Source of the DNA: Eledone cirrhosa
Taxonomy: Eukaryota
Length of the DNA: 64,000 nucleotides
NCBI GenBank assembly: GCA_964016885.1
Contig: OZ024740.1
Location: forward strand, 2,728,001-2,792,000
Reading direction: 5' to 3'
Part shown: positions 40,240 to 51,817 of the stretch, one piece after another
Position numbering within the stretch: position 1 is the first letter of the stretch
How the letters are laid out: each line of letters opens with the position of its first letter
Notes under the pieces: model-generated
Seen by the model: only the letters and a program-made list of their open reading frames with translations
Told to the model about the DNA's origin: nothing
Databases searched by the model: none
Program-made: the position numbers and the translations under genes

Positions 40240-41437
40240 CACATCAACAGCCTGCCGTCCTCTGCTTCATTGACTTTGCAGCTGCCTTCGACTCGGTGGA
40301 TCGGGAAGCCCTATGGCGTATAATGCAGGCGGACGGCATCCCAGTGAAGCTGCTTCCTCTCATACAAGGCTACTACCGGTCGACTCGAGCTCGAGTGAGG
40401 GTCTAAGGTGGGGAGACGAAGTCGTTCAATGTTGGGACCGGTTTTCCTCAGGGGTGTGCGCTATCGCCAACTATCTTTAACTACGCCATTGACTACACTC
40501 TCAACACAGCACTCCGGGATTATCCGGGTGTAGAGGTCTGGAGAGGGGTCGTGGTGACAGACCTGGCCTACGCGGATAACATCGTGCTGAGGGGCGCTAA
40601 CGGTACAGATGTACAAGGTGCTCTCGAAGGGGTGCACACTGCAGCCGCCGCTGTTGGTCTACGAATCAATGCCGCCAAGTCGAAAGTCATGACGTCACTG
40701 GTCTCGCCTGATGCCTGGCAGCCAATATCTCTCGAGGGACCTGGAGGATGTGGAGTCCTTCGTTTACCTGGGCTCAACAGTGGTTCCAACGGGACAGGAC
40801 GCAGCTGAGGACAAGCGCCGCATAGGTGCTGCCAGATCCGCTTTTAGGCGCCTCTAGCGGTGTCTGTGGGACAGAAGAGAGATCATCTCGGCGACCAAAG
40901 GGCGAATCTACCAGGCCGTCGTTCGCACTATCCTCCTCTATGGCTGTGAAACATGGCCTATGAGGGTAGTCGATCAACGAGGGCTGGATGTCTTGACAAT
41001 GACTGTCTCCGCCGCATTCTTCGCTGCCGACGCGTTGATCGGGTACCTACCACGAGTCTTCGTCTTCGCCTGAATCATCGACCCCTTCCTTCAGTGCTTC
41101 TGCAACGGCGCTTCAGATGGTTTGGTCACGCAGCCCGGCGCCCTGAGGGTGAGCTGATCCGAGATATTCTCCTCCCACATCCCCTCCCTAATTGGCGCAA
41201 GCGCATTGGCGGGCAGCTGAATACCTGGGCAACGACGATCAAGGAGGACCTCTCCGAACTCTCAGGTCCGCAGGTGGTCGGCCTGCGCCGATGGAACCGT
41301 GACTGGTTCGCTATCTCCAGTGACCTAGCCCGGGACCGTCGTGCGTTGGCTGCCATGGTTCGGGATGCCGTCAGGACAAGGGAAGAAGCCGGTTCAACCC
41401 GTCCAGTGTAAATGTCGACACAAGTACAAGTAAGTAC
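40240..41437 (+). mobile_element. 5'-truncated RTE-clade LINE (RT domain to 3' tail)
   Basis: CFIDFAAAFDSVDREALWRIM, QGCALSPTIFNYAID, DLAYADNIV, LLYGCETW, RRFRWFGHAARRP. GC-rich, with a very short 3' UTR ending in caagtacaagtaagta repeats. Confidence 0.88.
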
Positions 41438-41519
41438 ATCCTCCCTAGAGCGGCAGTTCGAGTTGTTTGATTCAACCATAACTACTTCTCATCTCACTTA
41501 CAACCAATGGACGATCACC

Positions 41520-43790
41520 GAACTTAAAGAAGGCCGTCAACGCCTAATTCAATGAATTTGACATTAAAGGGACTGTTTGCCTCCTCTCTTCTCTGTCATC
41601 CCTCGCCTAGTGCACTATATATTAACTCAACTAAATGAGACTGAGACATCCTCAGCCCCCTCCACTTACACTAGCCCGATCCACCATGTTATTTACAACC
41701 GGTCTTTACCCTAGAAAACGTGAAGAAGGCGATCATATGCTTTCCGGCGGGCTTTGGTGCTGGGATTGATGGCCTACGACGTCAGCACTTCAAGGATTGT
41801 GTCTTATTGTCGACTGGAGATGCCGGCCTTGAGCTTTTGGAAAACCTCACCCAGTTCATTAACCTGTTCTTGTCTGAGAGTGTTCTCCCTTATATTCGCC
41901 CCTGTTCTAGGGTTCTAAACTGTTTATCCTCACAAAGCCCAATGGTGACCTCCACTCCTTAGCAATTGGGTGCACACTGCGACAGTTCACTGCGAAAGTA
42001 TATCTGTCCTTGATTTCTGACTGCGTGTCCGTCGAATTTTCCCCGATTCAGCTAGGGATACGTAGCATGTTGGGCTGTGAGGCTGTCGCTCATGCCACCA
42101 GAGCATTTACCAACTTGTTTTCTGAAACTCACAAGGTTATCCTCAAGCTAGATCTCAGGAATGCTTTCAATTCTATTAGTGAGGATGTCATCCCTCGTTC
42201 AGTAAAGGAGAAGAACCCTCAACTTTACCACTTTGCTTGGCAAGCCTATCGGGAGCCCTCCTAGCTCTCTTTTTGTGACAATATTTCATAATATCTGCCC
42301 CAAGGGTTCAACATGGTGAGCCACTCGGATCTGTTCTTTTCGCACTGGACATTGATGACATCACCAAGATGGCAGCTGACCTGGATTTGAATACCTAGTA
42401 TCTGGATGACGTTTGGTTGGGGATCCTCCAGACAAGGTCCTTGCAACCGCGAAGTTCCAAATGTTAGCTCTGGCTCCTCAACCACCCAGCTTCACATCAA
42501 CAAACTGTTGACATTTTTACAGTTTTTTTCTCTACCCCGGTTCCACCCTTATCAGCGTGGTGCTTCCTTGGAGTCCTAATTACTAACCAAGCTTTCGAGT
42601 CCATCTTTCGATCTAAGTTGGCTAACCTCGAACAACTTTTAAAAACCTCGAAGTCATTGAGCCGTACCAAGGTATATTTTTATAGTTAGGAATTATTTGT
42701 CAATTACTAAGTTGTATTTTTTCAGAGTTAGGCCCTCTTACAAATTTTCGCTGTCTCTCCAATACTTTGACGACCTAATATTCAGTGAGCTCAAGGACCT
42801 GGTCAATGTCTGACTCACTCCCGCGACCAAGCTTCCTTGCCCAAACGGTTTGGGGGTCTCGGTCTGAGTAATTGCTAGTCCTTGCTTTCTTTCCTCCATC
42901 CACGCCTGCTCCCTTTTAGTGGCTGACATCTACTTTCCAACGTGAAGATGGATAAAGCTTTACTACAGTGGAGAGAGCTGGGTTTGTCAGTTCCCGATGT
43001 CAGTTTTTCCACATATTATTAAATGTTTGTCAGTTCCGAGAGAGCTGGATTTGTCAATTCCCGATGGCACAATTTGCGTTCGAGCGAAATTTTTAACTCT
43101 CTCTTTGATCATTTTGATCAATTTTCTAGATGATGTTTACTTTCTGCTAGCAAAGTTCTCGAGGGACTGGATTGATGCCCTACCTGTGGCCAACCTTCTC
43201 AGGCAAGACGAAGTTTGCACCTCCATTTCACTCCGAGTGAGAACTGGTGTCTGTTGGGGCCAGAGATGTCGCTGTGAAAGGTCCCTCGACTCCATAGGCC
43301 TCCATAGTTTATTCTGCCGTCTGAATGTTGGTTGTTTCGCCCACAACACCGAGCTCGGGTAAATTGCCCCTCAATTTTGGAGCCGGCTGGATTATACAGA
43401 AGTGATGGGAAGAGACCAGACGGTCTTACCCTTTGTCTCTGGGTAAGAAGTAGTTGTCTCACCTGGGACGCCACAGTCAGTGACTCTTTTGCTCCCTCCC
43501 ACATCATGGATGCCGCGGTAAATGTGAGGGTCACTGCTTCCATTGCCGAACGGAATAAAATCCGAAAATACCGGTAATTATCAAATAATTATATTTCCAG
43601 CTATGGCGTTCGAGACTTTTGGTGGAGATGGGCTGTTGACAGCGAAGTTCTTGTCATCGTTGGCGGCTCACCTTACTGAGGTTTCAGGTGATGCCCGTGA
43701 GGGTGCCTGGTTGTTTCAGCACCTTAGCCTCGCCTTCACTTGAAGTAAGGCTGCGAGCTTGTTGGCTTACCTAAAAGAACTCCGTTGATG
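41520..43790 (+). mobile_element. Decayed CRE-clade non-LTR retrotransposon (RT plus RLE)
   Basis: FPAGFGAGIDGLRRQHFKD, PIQLG..GCEAVAHATR, LKLDLRNAFNSI, YLDD (about 42400), RSDGKRPDGLTL..W...LTWDATVSD, AERNKIRKY, AFETFG, WLFQHLSLA, spread over several frames. Confidence 0.85.
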
Positions 43791-43917
43791 ATGGTTATGT
43801 GCAGCCGAATGTCGCTCTTGGTAGTGAATTAATGGCCATTTTTTATTTTGTTTCCCTTTCTTTCTGTCGCATTAATCGTGTATTTTGGTTCGTTGTATTT
43901 GTAAGGTTTATATCACA

Positions 43918-44537
43918 ACAGGACCCAGCAGGCCTCGACAATGGAGACGGCAAGCGCTCTGACGGAATTACCCTCTTCCTATTCAAAGGAGGTAAATCCC
44001 TCATGCTGTGACACGTTCTCCACCTCCAACTTAGTCGCTTTGACCACAGCAGACCCCATTACTGAGGCCTGCAATGCAGAGGACAGGAAGACAAGCAAAT
44101 ATCGGGGCTTGTCCAACCGCTTCCTCATCACACCGGTCGCCGTCGATACCTCAGGCGTCCTCGGATACCATACTGCCGAGCTCCTCTGTAAAATAAGATT
44201 GTCAGCAGCCCGTCTGAGGAAGGGGTTACTTTGCAGCGGGTGTTGCTGGCCATTGTCTGGGGAAATGCCCTTGCAGTTTTGTCCGCGGAATGCAGCCCAA
44301 ACACCACACTTCCCAGGCATTGTGCCTATCACCATCTCCCCCTCCCCTCACTTTCTTCTATGACCTCATAGTCCTTGCTTTTACCCTCCTTTTCCTCTCA
44401 TTTATGGGCCTTTCTCCTACTTTCCTATACAATTAGATCTGCCCTTCTTGCTTGGTTTTGTTTTTATCCTTTTTGTTACTATTTCTTTCATATTTCTATC
44501 AATATTTGCAATGCTATTTATACAACTGTGAATAAAA
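43918..44537 (+). mobile_element. Second CRE-clade 3' fragment (RLE plus 3' UTR with AATAAA)
   Basis: DPAGLDNGDGKRSDGITLFLFKGGKSL...AEDRKTSKYRGLSNRFLITPVAVDTSGVLG. The UTR resembles 30220-30440. Confidence 0.8.
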
Positions 44538-44543
44538 TTATCC

Positions 44544-44667
<124 letters not shown>

Positions 44668-45567
44668 CAAGAAGGAAAATATTCATTTTCTGTTACTAAA
44701 ATATATTAAGAAGAAATTTAAGAAATTCTTACATGGGGTCCTATAAGTTTAGGTTTAATCTTTTCTACAAATTCTTGGTCTGTAAATGGAATCCCTGCAA
44801 TAATATAAAAATAATTATTGAAATCCAATACATAAAATTGAAATATTTAAATATTAAATATTTCAATAATAAATGAGATCTACATTAAAATTACACATAC
44901 TTTTCACATCAGTTTCTCTCTAACTGGTTTGTTTTTGTAGAGTACTATTGAGTAGAACTGGCATGAATAATGGTGTTTGGAATTATTTCTGGGCAAGAAT
45001 GTCAAAGTAAACTGTAGCATATTCCATCCTGATATAATTACTGGTAAAGAACATTATGTCATATTCAGTTAAATTTAACTGAATATCATATATAAATAAC
45101 TAATTCTAACTCTAACTTGATAAACTCTAAACAAAAATATCCAAATAATAGTTTCAGTACAAATAATAACAGAAACATATCTATGGCTTAATGGACATTT
45201 TATAACACTTACCTTCTTTAGACAGTTATAACACCGTATTATATAAATATTTTTTATTCATTCATTGGAAGGATTGATGCAACCTTTAGTTTGCTGAAAG
45301 TTTTAGTTTTCATTAGAAAAATGTCACTGTTTATGTCTCACCCCATAGAAATACGTACAAGTATAACATATCTTTGATTGAAGGCAATCTTTGTATCAAT
45401 GTTTGTGTTTGCATTATTTTTCCTGATCTTGCATTATTTTCCTAATCAGCTTTCTGACACCTCAAATATTTTTCTGTATTAGACGTTTTCCATGATCTAG
45501 ATTCTAAATATATACAATGTCTTGTTGGTTTAGTTTGAATTTTATAGTAGACATATATATAGTGAGT

Positions 45568-45752
45568 GGTGGCAGTATTGGTAGAGTGGCGGAGAACATG
45601 CTTTGTGTTAGTATAGTTACGTCCTTTTACGTTCTGAGTTCAAATCCTGCCAAGGTTAGCTTTGCGTTGCCTTTCAACTGTACGGGGTTGATAAAATAAA
45701 GGTCCAGTAACACACTAGGATTGATTTAGTCAACTTTCCTCTCCCTCAAAAT
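45568..45752 (+). mobile_element. tRNA-derived SINE, diverged copy
   Basis: A-box-like tggcagtattgg, B box gagttcaaatcc, and core gcctttca...cggggttgataaaataaag. Confidence 0.85.
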
Positions 45753-46176
45753 GTTTGACCTGGTATCTGAATCAGAAACCATTTTATAGGAGACAGAGGT
45801 TATAACATCCAACTCACAGAAAGATAGGTTGTTATGACTGGAATTTGGATTTAAAATTTGACTTCTACTTTGATTCCTACTTTGGACTATTGCGTTCTTC
45901 ATGTTCACTCTAAACCAGAACATTAGTTTTGTATGAAACATTAATAAGTTTCTTTAATCTCTTTATCAACTCAATACTAAAAATTATATAAAACACATCT
46001 GACTTATCTCACATCAACAATAACATTTTGTTAAAACATGAATTTACAAAAAACATCTAATAATATGTGGAAAAATGCAATTTTAAAATAAAAGAAATGT
46101 AAAATTATAAGGAAAATTATAAGAAATGAAATATAACTTACGTTGAAATCTCAATACTATATTTGTAACAAATAAT

Positions 46177-46354
46177 TGTTTCTACTTTTGGCACGAGGCC
46201 AGCAATTACCCAGTGCATTACTGGTACTTTATTTTATCGACCCCGTAAGGATGAAAGGTAAAGTCAACCTCGGCGGGATTTGAACTCAGACCGTAAAGGG
46301 ACGTAACTACGCCGGAAAGCATGGCGTCCGACTCTCTACCGATACTGCCAATCC
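46177..46354 (-). mobile_element. tRNA-derived SINE, full length, with 18-bp target-site duplication
   Basis: Minus strand reads ggattggcagtatcggtagagagtcggacgccatgc...gagttcaaatccc...catccttacggggtcgataaaataaagtacc. TSD atatttgtaacaaataat at 46159-46176 and 46355-46372. Confidence 0.95.
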
Positions 46355-46491
46355 ATATTTGTAACAAATAATATTGTTCCAAATATAACAAACATCCTAA
46401 ACAGTTTCTGAAGTGATCGCATTTTATCCAATGAGAAAACTTTAGCTGAGAATAGATATCATATCTTTATTATATCTTTGTTTGGCAACTT

Positions 46492-46770
46492 TCACTGAAA
46501 ATATAAATTGTAAAGGGAGATTGAAGATAATGTAGTCCTTGACAAACTCCACTGAATATATCAATTTAAATGGAAGGGACATTGAAGATAATGTAGTCCT
46601 TGACAAACTCCACTGAAAATATAAATTAAATGGAAGGGACATTGAAGATAATGTAGTCCTTGACAAAATCCACTGAATATATTAATTTAAATGGAAGGGA
46701 CATTGAAGATAATGTAGTCCTTGACAAACTCCACTGAAAATATAAATTTAAATGGAAGAGAGATCCACTG
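46492..46770 (+). repeat. About 61-bp minisatellite, about 4.5 copies, alternating A/B variants
   Basis: Unit ccactgaa(t/a)atat..attt aaatggaagggacattgaagataatgtagtccttgacaaact. Confidence 0.92.
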
Positions 46771-46938
46771 AAGCAGATGTAAAGGTTCAAGTATCTTGGG
46801 CTTGTATTTACGAATGATGGAATGCAGGAGGCTGAATTATATATAACTGGACAACAGTTTTCAGATGTCATTCCTCATAGTGGTCGTTGGTAAATTCTTT
46901 TTCCGTCTTTTAAGGGTTTTCACTCTATTTTCTTTATA

Positions 46939-46982
<44 letters not shown>

Positions 46983-47227
46983 TATAAAGAAAATCAACCA
47001 AACCAACCACGCATATCTTTACTATCTCTAATCCTTCTATAGATTTAGAAAAATAACCAATAATATATTCTATAAAAAATGTCAAAACAACAGATGGGAA
47101 TCTAATTACTCACTGCCACCAAGAATTCTCACTGCTATCGAAAAACCACTCCTTCAACTATTCTTCTAACAACTTCACCCCTCCCTCCTAATATTCTCTA
47201 TAAAAACTAAATAGGTCCTCAGTAATA

Positions 47228-47283
47228 TTATTCTGATGAAATGACAGTAAATAATAACATTGAAATATTGAATGTCTGCATAA
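47228..47283 (+). ncRNA. Hammerhead ribozyme-like motif (stem I degenerate)
   Basis: ttatt-CTGATGA-aatg acagtaaataataa catt-GAAA-tattgaatg-TC-tgcataa. The core is intact, stem II has 4 bp, stem III can pair, and the cleavage triplet is GUC. Confidence 0.6.
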
Positions 47284-47379
47284 CTAAAAGTTTGTAGATA
47301 GCAGCTGTTTTAGGTTATGTAACTGTTATAGAAACACGTGTCAATAAATTCCTTTCAACTAAACTGTATCCATTCAAAT

Positions 47380-47382
<3 letters not shown>

Positions 47383-47445
<63 letters not shown>

Positions 47446-47474
47446 TCAGGACTTTCTTTATACTTATATATATA

Positions 47475-47510
<36 letters not shown>

Positions 47511-47527
47511 TCAGCACTTTCTTTATA

Positions 47528-47585
<58 letters not shown>
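47383..47585. repeat. Interrupted (TA)n microsatellite
   Basis: TA tracts separated twice by ctcag(g/c)act..tctttatactta. Confidence 0.95.
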
Positions 47586-47588
<3 letters not shown>

Positions 47589-47598
47589 TTATAGAAGG

Positions 47599-47649
47599 AG
47601 CTTCTACAGGACTAGTACTGTTTCATTCAGATGAAATCTTCAGGAAGCT
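47599..47649 (-). ncRNA. Intact minimal type I hammerhead ribozyme at the 3' end of the Penelope-like element
   Basis: Minus strand agcttc-CTGAAGA-tttcatctgaat-GAAA-cag tactagtc ctg-TA-gaagct. Stem I has 6 perfect bp, stem III has a loop containing palindromic ACTAGT, and the triplet is GUA. Confidence 0.88.
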
Positions 47650-50611
47650 GGGTGTCATATTAAGTTCTGGTATTTATACATTTAGGTAGTGGTAAGGGAG
47701 GGGTGGGGGAGTGGGGGAATGGTATTTAGATACACGGGACCACTTCATGGCACAGGCCGTTTTTTCTTTGGGGGGTGGTCAATTAGCCAGAGTGCTTTTT
47801 TGAAATAAATAAATGAGTAAATACATAAATAAATGAATAAATAGATAAAAGAAATGATAGATAAAATAAATAAAAGAATAAAAGAATTGTTGCCAATAGG
47901 TATAAAGTTATAGATAGATGGAATGATTTGTGTCGAGATAGGGTGGATCAGAGAGTGTGGAGTTGTGGTATAAGGTGTGCCCTTGAGGTGTGGTGTTAGA
48001 AGTGGTGATGGGTTCAAGTCTGACATTGTTATATATTGGGTTTAAAGTTTTGGAAGGAGTGCCGGAAGCGTTGCTGGCACGACGCAAACACTTCCGATTT
48101 TTTTATTAAGGAGGTTATGGTTTGAGAAGATTATAGTATGGGTCTCTAGTAGACAGAGGTTACAGAATTTATTAAGTGGTTTGTACGATGCCGCCTTACC
48201 TATCACTTCCCATTTAAGTGTATAAGATCTATTTATAGTTTTTAGATAGTGTATGTAGCTAGATAGTGAAGTAGAGTTGCCTAGACTGTGTTTTTTGAAA
48301 GAATGGAGATGTGAATTGTATCTGGTTTTGAAGCAGTTCGAAATAGAGCCTATATAGGTTTCAGAAGAGTTGCTAGTTATGACGGTGCATGAGTATATGA
48401 TGTCCTTGATTAAGCAGTTTTTATCTAAAGCTCAGGTTCTATTAGATCTACAGTTACAATTATTCTGGATGTTAACCTGCCGGTTATTATGTTGTGTAGA
48501 AGTCTGGTTGCTAGGTATTGCATTATGGCTATGGAGGTTGTCGCTCCCAGCGTTATTGATTTCACTAGTGCTATTACTATTATTACTATTGATATCAGGG
48601 TTTGCAGATATAACGTTGTTTTGAAGGTTTACCCTCTGTCGTGTTTTAGTTTGTTGGAAGTAAGTATTAATTTTTCTTTTATTGCTACTAGCTATGTGGT
48701 ATGCTATGTTAGGCGTGGTAGAGTAGGAGATTTTAATGGTGTTTTTGTTTATAAGACTATGGTACTTGTGGCCGGATGGGAAGTTTTTATCCAGAAGTGA
48801 GAAGAAAGCCTTAGGTAGGTTGGTAGAGACGTTTAGATTGAAAGGGGGGTTGAAAAATGTGTTATTTCTTCTTCTATTTTTGTTTGTATGTATGGTGAGA
48901 TGCTTCCGTTTATGGTATTTTGGTGACCTCCCTGGTGTGGGTTACGTTTGTTGCCACCCTTCGTACTAGTGTGTATGTGGTTATTATTCTTATTACTATT
49001 TTTCATCATGGACATATTGTGCGAAATAATGTTGTAACTATATGTTTTTGTAGGTAGAAACACGATCTCATTATTATAGCCTGATCTAGCTAATGCCTGA
49101 TTATAATATTGTGAGTTTTTGCTAAATATGTTTTCGTCATAAGATAGATTAAAGATTCTATTGGATATTCCCTTAGAGATAGAGTTTAATATTGATCTAG
49201 GGTGGTTAGACTTGGTATCTACGTAAATCAGTTTTCGTTAGGTTTATGGAATGGTGTATATATCCTAGAGTCTAGGTAGAGGGTGGCATCTAGGAAGTTA
49301 ACGTTTTTAGTGTTTTTGTCTATGGTGATACTTAGGTTATAATTTTTGAAAGTCTTGTGCAATAGTTTTCTAGTTCTTTCTATATTAAATTTTTTTATAG
49401 TCTATAAGGAGAAGTGCATCATCGCGGTACAAACCACCATTGAGGTATGGAAGGTTCTTATGGATTTCGTTTAGTAAGTATAGGCCCACCAAATCAGTGA
49501 CCTGCGCCGAGTCACTAGATCCCATGGTTATGTCGAAGTTGTTATGCGTATCCTTGCAGGTCCATAACTGGTCTTCAAAAGTGATTTCGGTTTTACGGGC
49601 CGCAAGTATGACATCAATCTGGGGTCTAGTCAGGTCACTATTGTTCATGGCCATAATTAGTGCCTTATTTAATAGGATAGGAGAAATAGAGGTGTAGTAT
49701 GAATTGATATCAAATTGAATAAATTTGTTATCCTTGTTTTCCTTGATATCCTTAAACCATTCAATAACTTCACCTGTATTTCCCCATTGTTTAAGGTATA
49801 TTTTATATATATGATTTTATCTAAAATTTTCTTACTGATAATGCCAATGTTAGACTTGGAAGGGCAGATTAGTCTAATTGAGGGGTTGCTAATGAAATCC
49901 TCCTTATGGTCCTTCAGAGAGAATCTAGGGTGGTTTGGGGTGTATGGTTGTGTATGTCTCTGAAGTCCTAGTTTGGACACTATACTACGGCCTTCTATAT
50001 TAATTTCTTCTAAGTTTTTCATAGTAGTTTTCTTGTAGCTCTTATGTAGTTCATTATATATAAACTTTCTATATGTATCATAATCTAGGCTGTATATGTT
50101 ATTAGTTTTGTCCGCATGCACAATAATTTTACTACTTGTTTTGAATCCATTAATAGAGGAGTTAAGTTTGTTTAAGAAGGTGTTGTTTTTATTACGATGC
50201 TTTTTGTATTTAATGTTCTTAACTGGTTTTATTAGGTCATTTTCAAAGGAGTTTAGTAGTGTGTTGTGAGGGGGGTTCTAAAAGTTTTAAAGCCGAAGGA
50301 GTCGAATTTGTTAGTATTATCAACTTTGTTAGATTTGTTTCTATCATAATGGAATGTCCTCCATCTCACTCTATTGATAAAGGAGTTGACACTGTTGATC
50401 AATAATTTCTCGTATGTATACTTGGATGGTATTGGTATGTTCTTGGTTGACATAGGGAGTTGATCTTTGATCAGCATACTGGTAATTTATTGTATGTCAG
50501 CTCAACAGTATGGAGCAGTTAATAATATTAAGGATACTATTTATGGTTATGTATATACTAAAACTTTTTATAGTTATGTATATTTTAAACCCTAAACAGT
50601 GAAGGTCAGTA

Positions 50612-50878
50612 ATTTATTACTACCTTATTACCAGTAAGATAAATAGCTCAATGTAATAACATCAGTTGTTCTTCAGAGCAGTTATATAGAATTCTCAAGA
50701 ATGAAAGCTATGTTCAAAGCATTTATTCACTTACAATTGTTTCATCCAAACCTAGGCTTCGTGTCTTCGGAGCATTTTTCAATGTTTGTACACATAATTG
50801 ATCTCCTTTCCAACGCAAGAACAACTGATGTTATTACATTGAGCTATTTATCTTACTGGTAATAAGGTAGTAATAAAT
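50612..50878. repeat. Perfect 62-bp inverted repeat (50612-50673 and 50817-50878) with 143-bp spacer
   Basis: atttattactaccttattaccagtaagataaatagctcaatgtaataacatcagttgttctt and its exact reverse complement. Confidence 0.95.
50728..50774 (-). ncRNA. Degenerate hammerhead motif inside the inverted-repeat spacer
   Basis: Minus strand tgct-CCGAAGA-cacgaagcctaggtttggat-GAAA-caattg-TA-agtg. It has a U4>C core change and a palindromic stem III (CAATTG). Confidence 0.55.
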
Positions 50879-50886
50879 AGTATCCT

Positions 50887-50889
<3 letters not shown>

Positions 50890-50966
<77 letters not shown>
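50890..50966. repeat. (TA)n microsatellite
   Basis: Directly visible. Confidence 0.98.
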
Positions 50967-50969
<3 letters not shown>

Positions 50970-51014
50970 TTCAAAATATTAACAAAAATAGAACTTCTTG
51001 TGATCAAGTATATG

Positions 51015-51079
51015 TTATTATACATATTTCAGAGGTACTGAGCTAACTTCAACAGTACGTCCTCATCAGATAAAATAAG
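51015..51079 (-). ncRNA. Hammerhead ribozyme-like motif
   Basis: Minus strand cttattttat-CTGATGA-ggac gtactg ttgaagttagct cagtac ctct-GAAA-tatg-TA-taataa. Stem II is extended; stem I is poor. Confidence 0.6.
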
Positions 51080-51708
51080 ATGATGCATGACATACGCTGA
51101 CATAGTAGATGGTTAAGATCAAGTCATGGTAGTGAGTAAGATATGACAAAACTCAATATTTATATACCTTAAGATTGAGACATGAAAAAACTTACATATA
51201 ATACATATAATACAGAGGGTGCGTGTGAGAAAGCTTAAAACTTAAAAATACATAACAGCAATTTACATAACTGTTAGAGATTCATATAATTATTATATAA
51301 TATATATATATAATTTTTATATATATATGTATAATATCGCCACCGACGAATGCGAAACCAGGAATCTTTAAAAAAACTTCCCGCCGAAGTTAACAAAGAA
51401 CTTATTAGATCTACATAACAAAATTGCAAAATTACAAAATTAAATTGTTTAGAACTACATTCAAATATACCTATCTATACCAAGGATTTCACACATTATC
51501 GTTATAGGTAATCCACTTAGAGGTAGTCCAGTTAGAGTGCTCCGTGTTGTGGATGGTTTTAACGTGTGGCTTAGTTTGACTGAACAAGACGCTTCCATAG
51601 TGATGCAGCGAGTTCGCGGTAATTTCTATGTAGGTTATACTTGGAGTAATAATAATTAAAGAAAGAAGAGTAACATGGTTGGCTGTACAATAAGGGTTTT
51701 ATTCACAG

Positions 51709-51817
51709 TGCTGACAATTGTTTCGTTGATCTGATAGGTCTAGAGCTCGCTAATCGCTTGATGTTGCGTCAATCGATCTCCAATACTTTCTTTACAACCA
51801 GTCAATACATCAGAGCA
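51709..51817 (-). ncRNA. Hammerhead-like motif with long stem II insertion
   Basis: Minus strand tgct-CTGATG(t)-attga...[about 70 nt]...tcaac-GAAA-caattg-TC-agca. Stem I is tgct/agca; the core has an A9>U change. Confidence 0.55.

Larger units (their letters stand above)
47590..50890 (-). mobile_element. Near full-length Penelope-like element (RT plus C-terminal GIY-YIG), decayed, flanked by (TA)n
   Basis: MSTKNIPIPS..INRVRWRTF, ADKTNNIY, LKDHKEDF..RLICPSKS, FDITMGSSDSAQVTDLVG, GLYRDDAL. Manual translation of 48458-48060 gives CNCR....*ALDKNCL..IIYSC...TYIGS...FKTRYNSH...CNLCLLE...LLNK. Confidence 0.9.

Noticed and set aside
44895-45505. Candidate upstream exons of the HtrL-like gene (minus-strand donors near 44900 and 45212; also near 59383)
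   Set aside because: The splice-like signals exist, but the frames I translated contain stops. They may be UTR or decayed exons and cannot be supported without RNA data.
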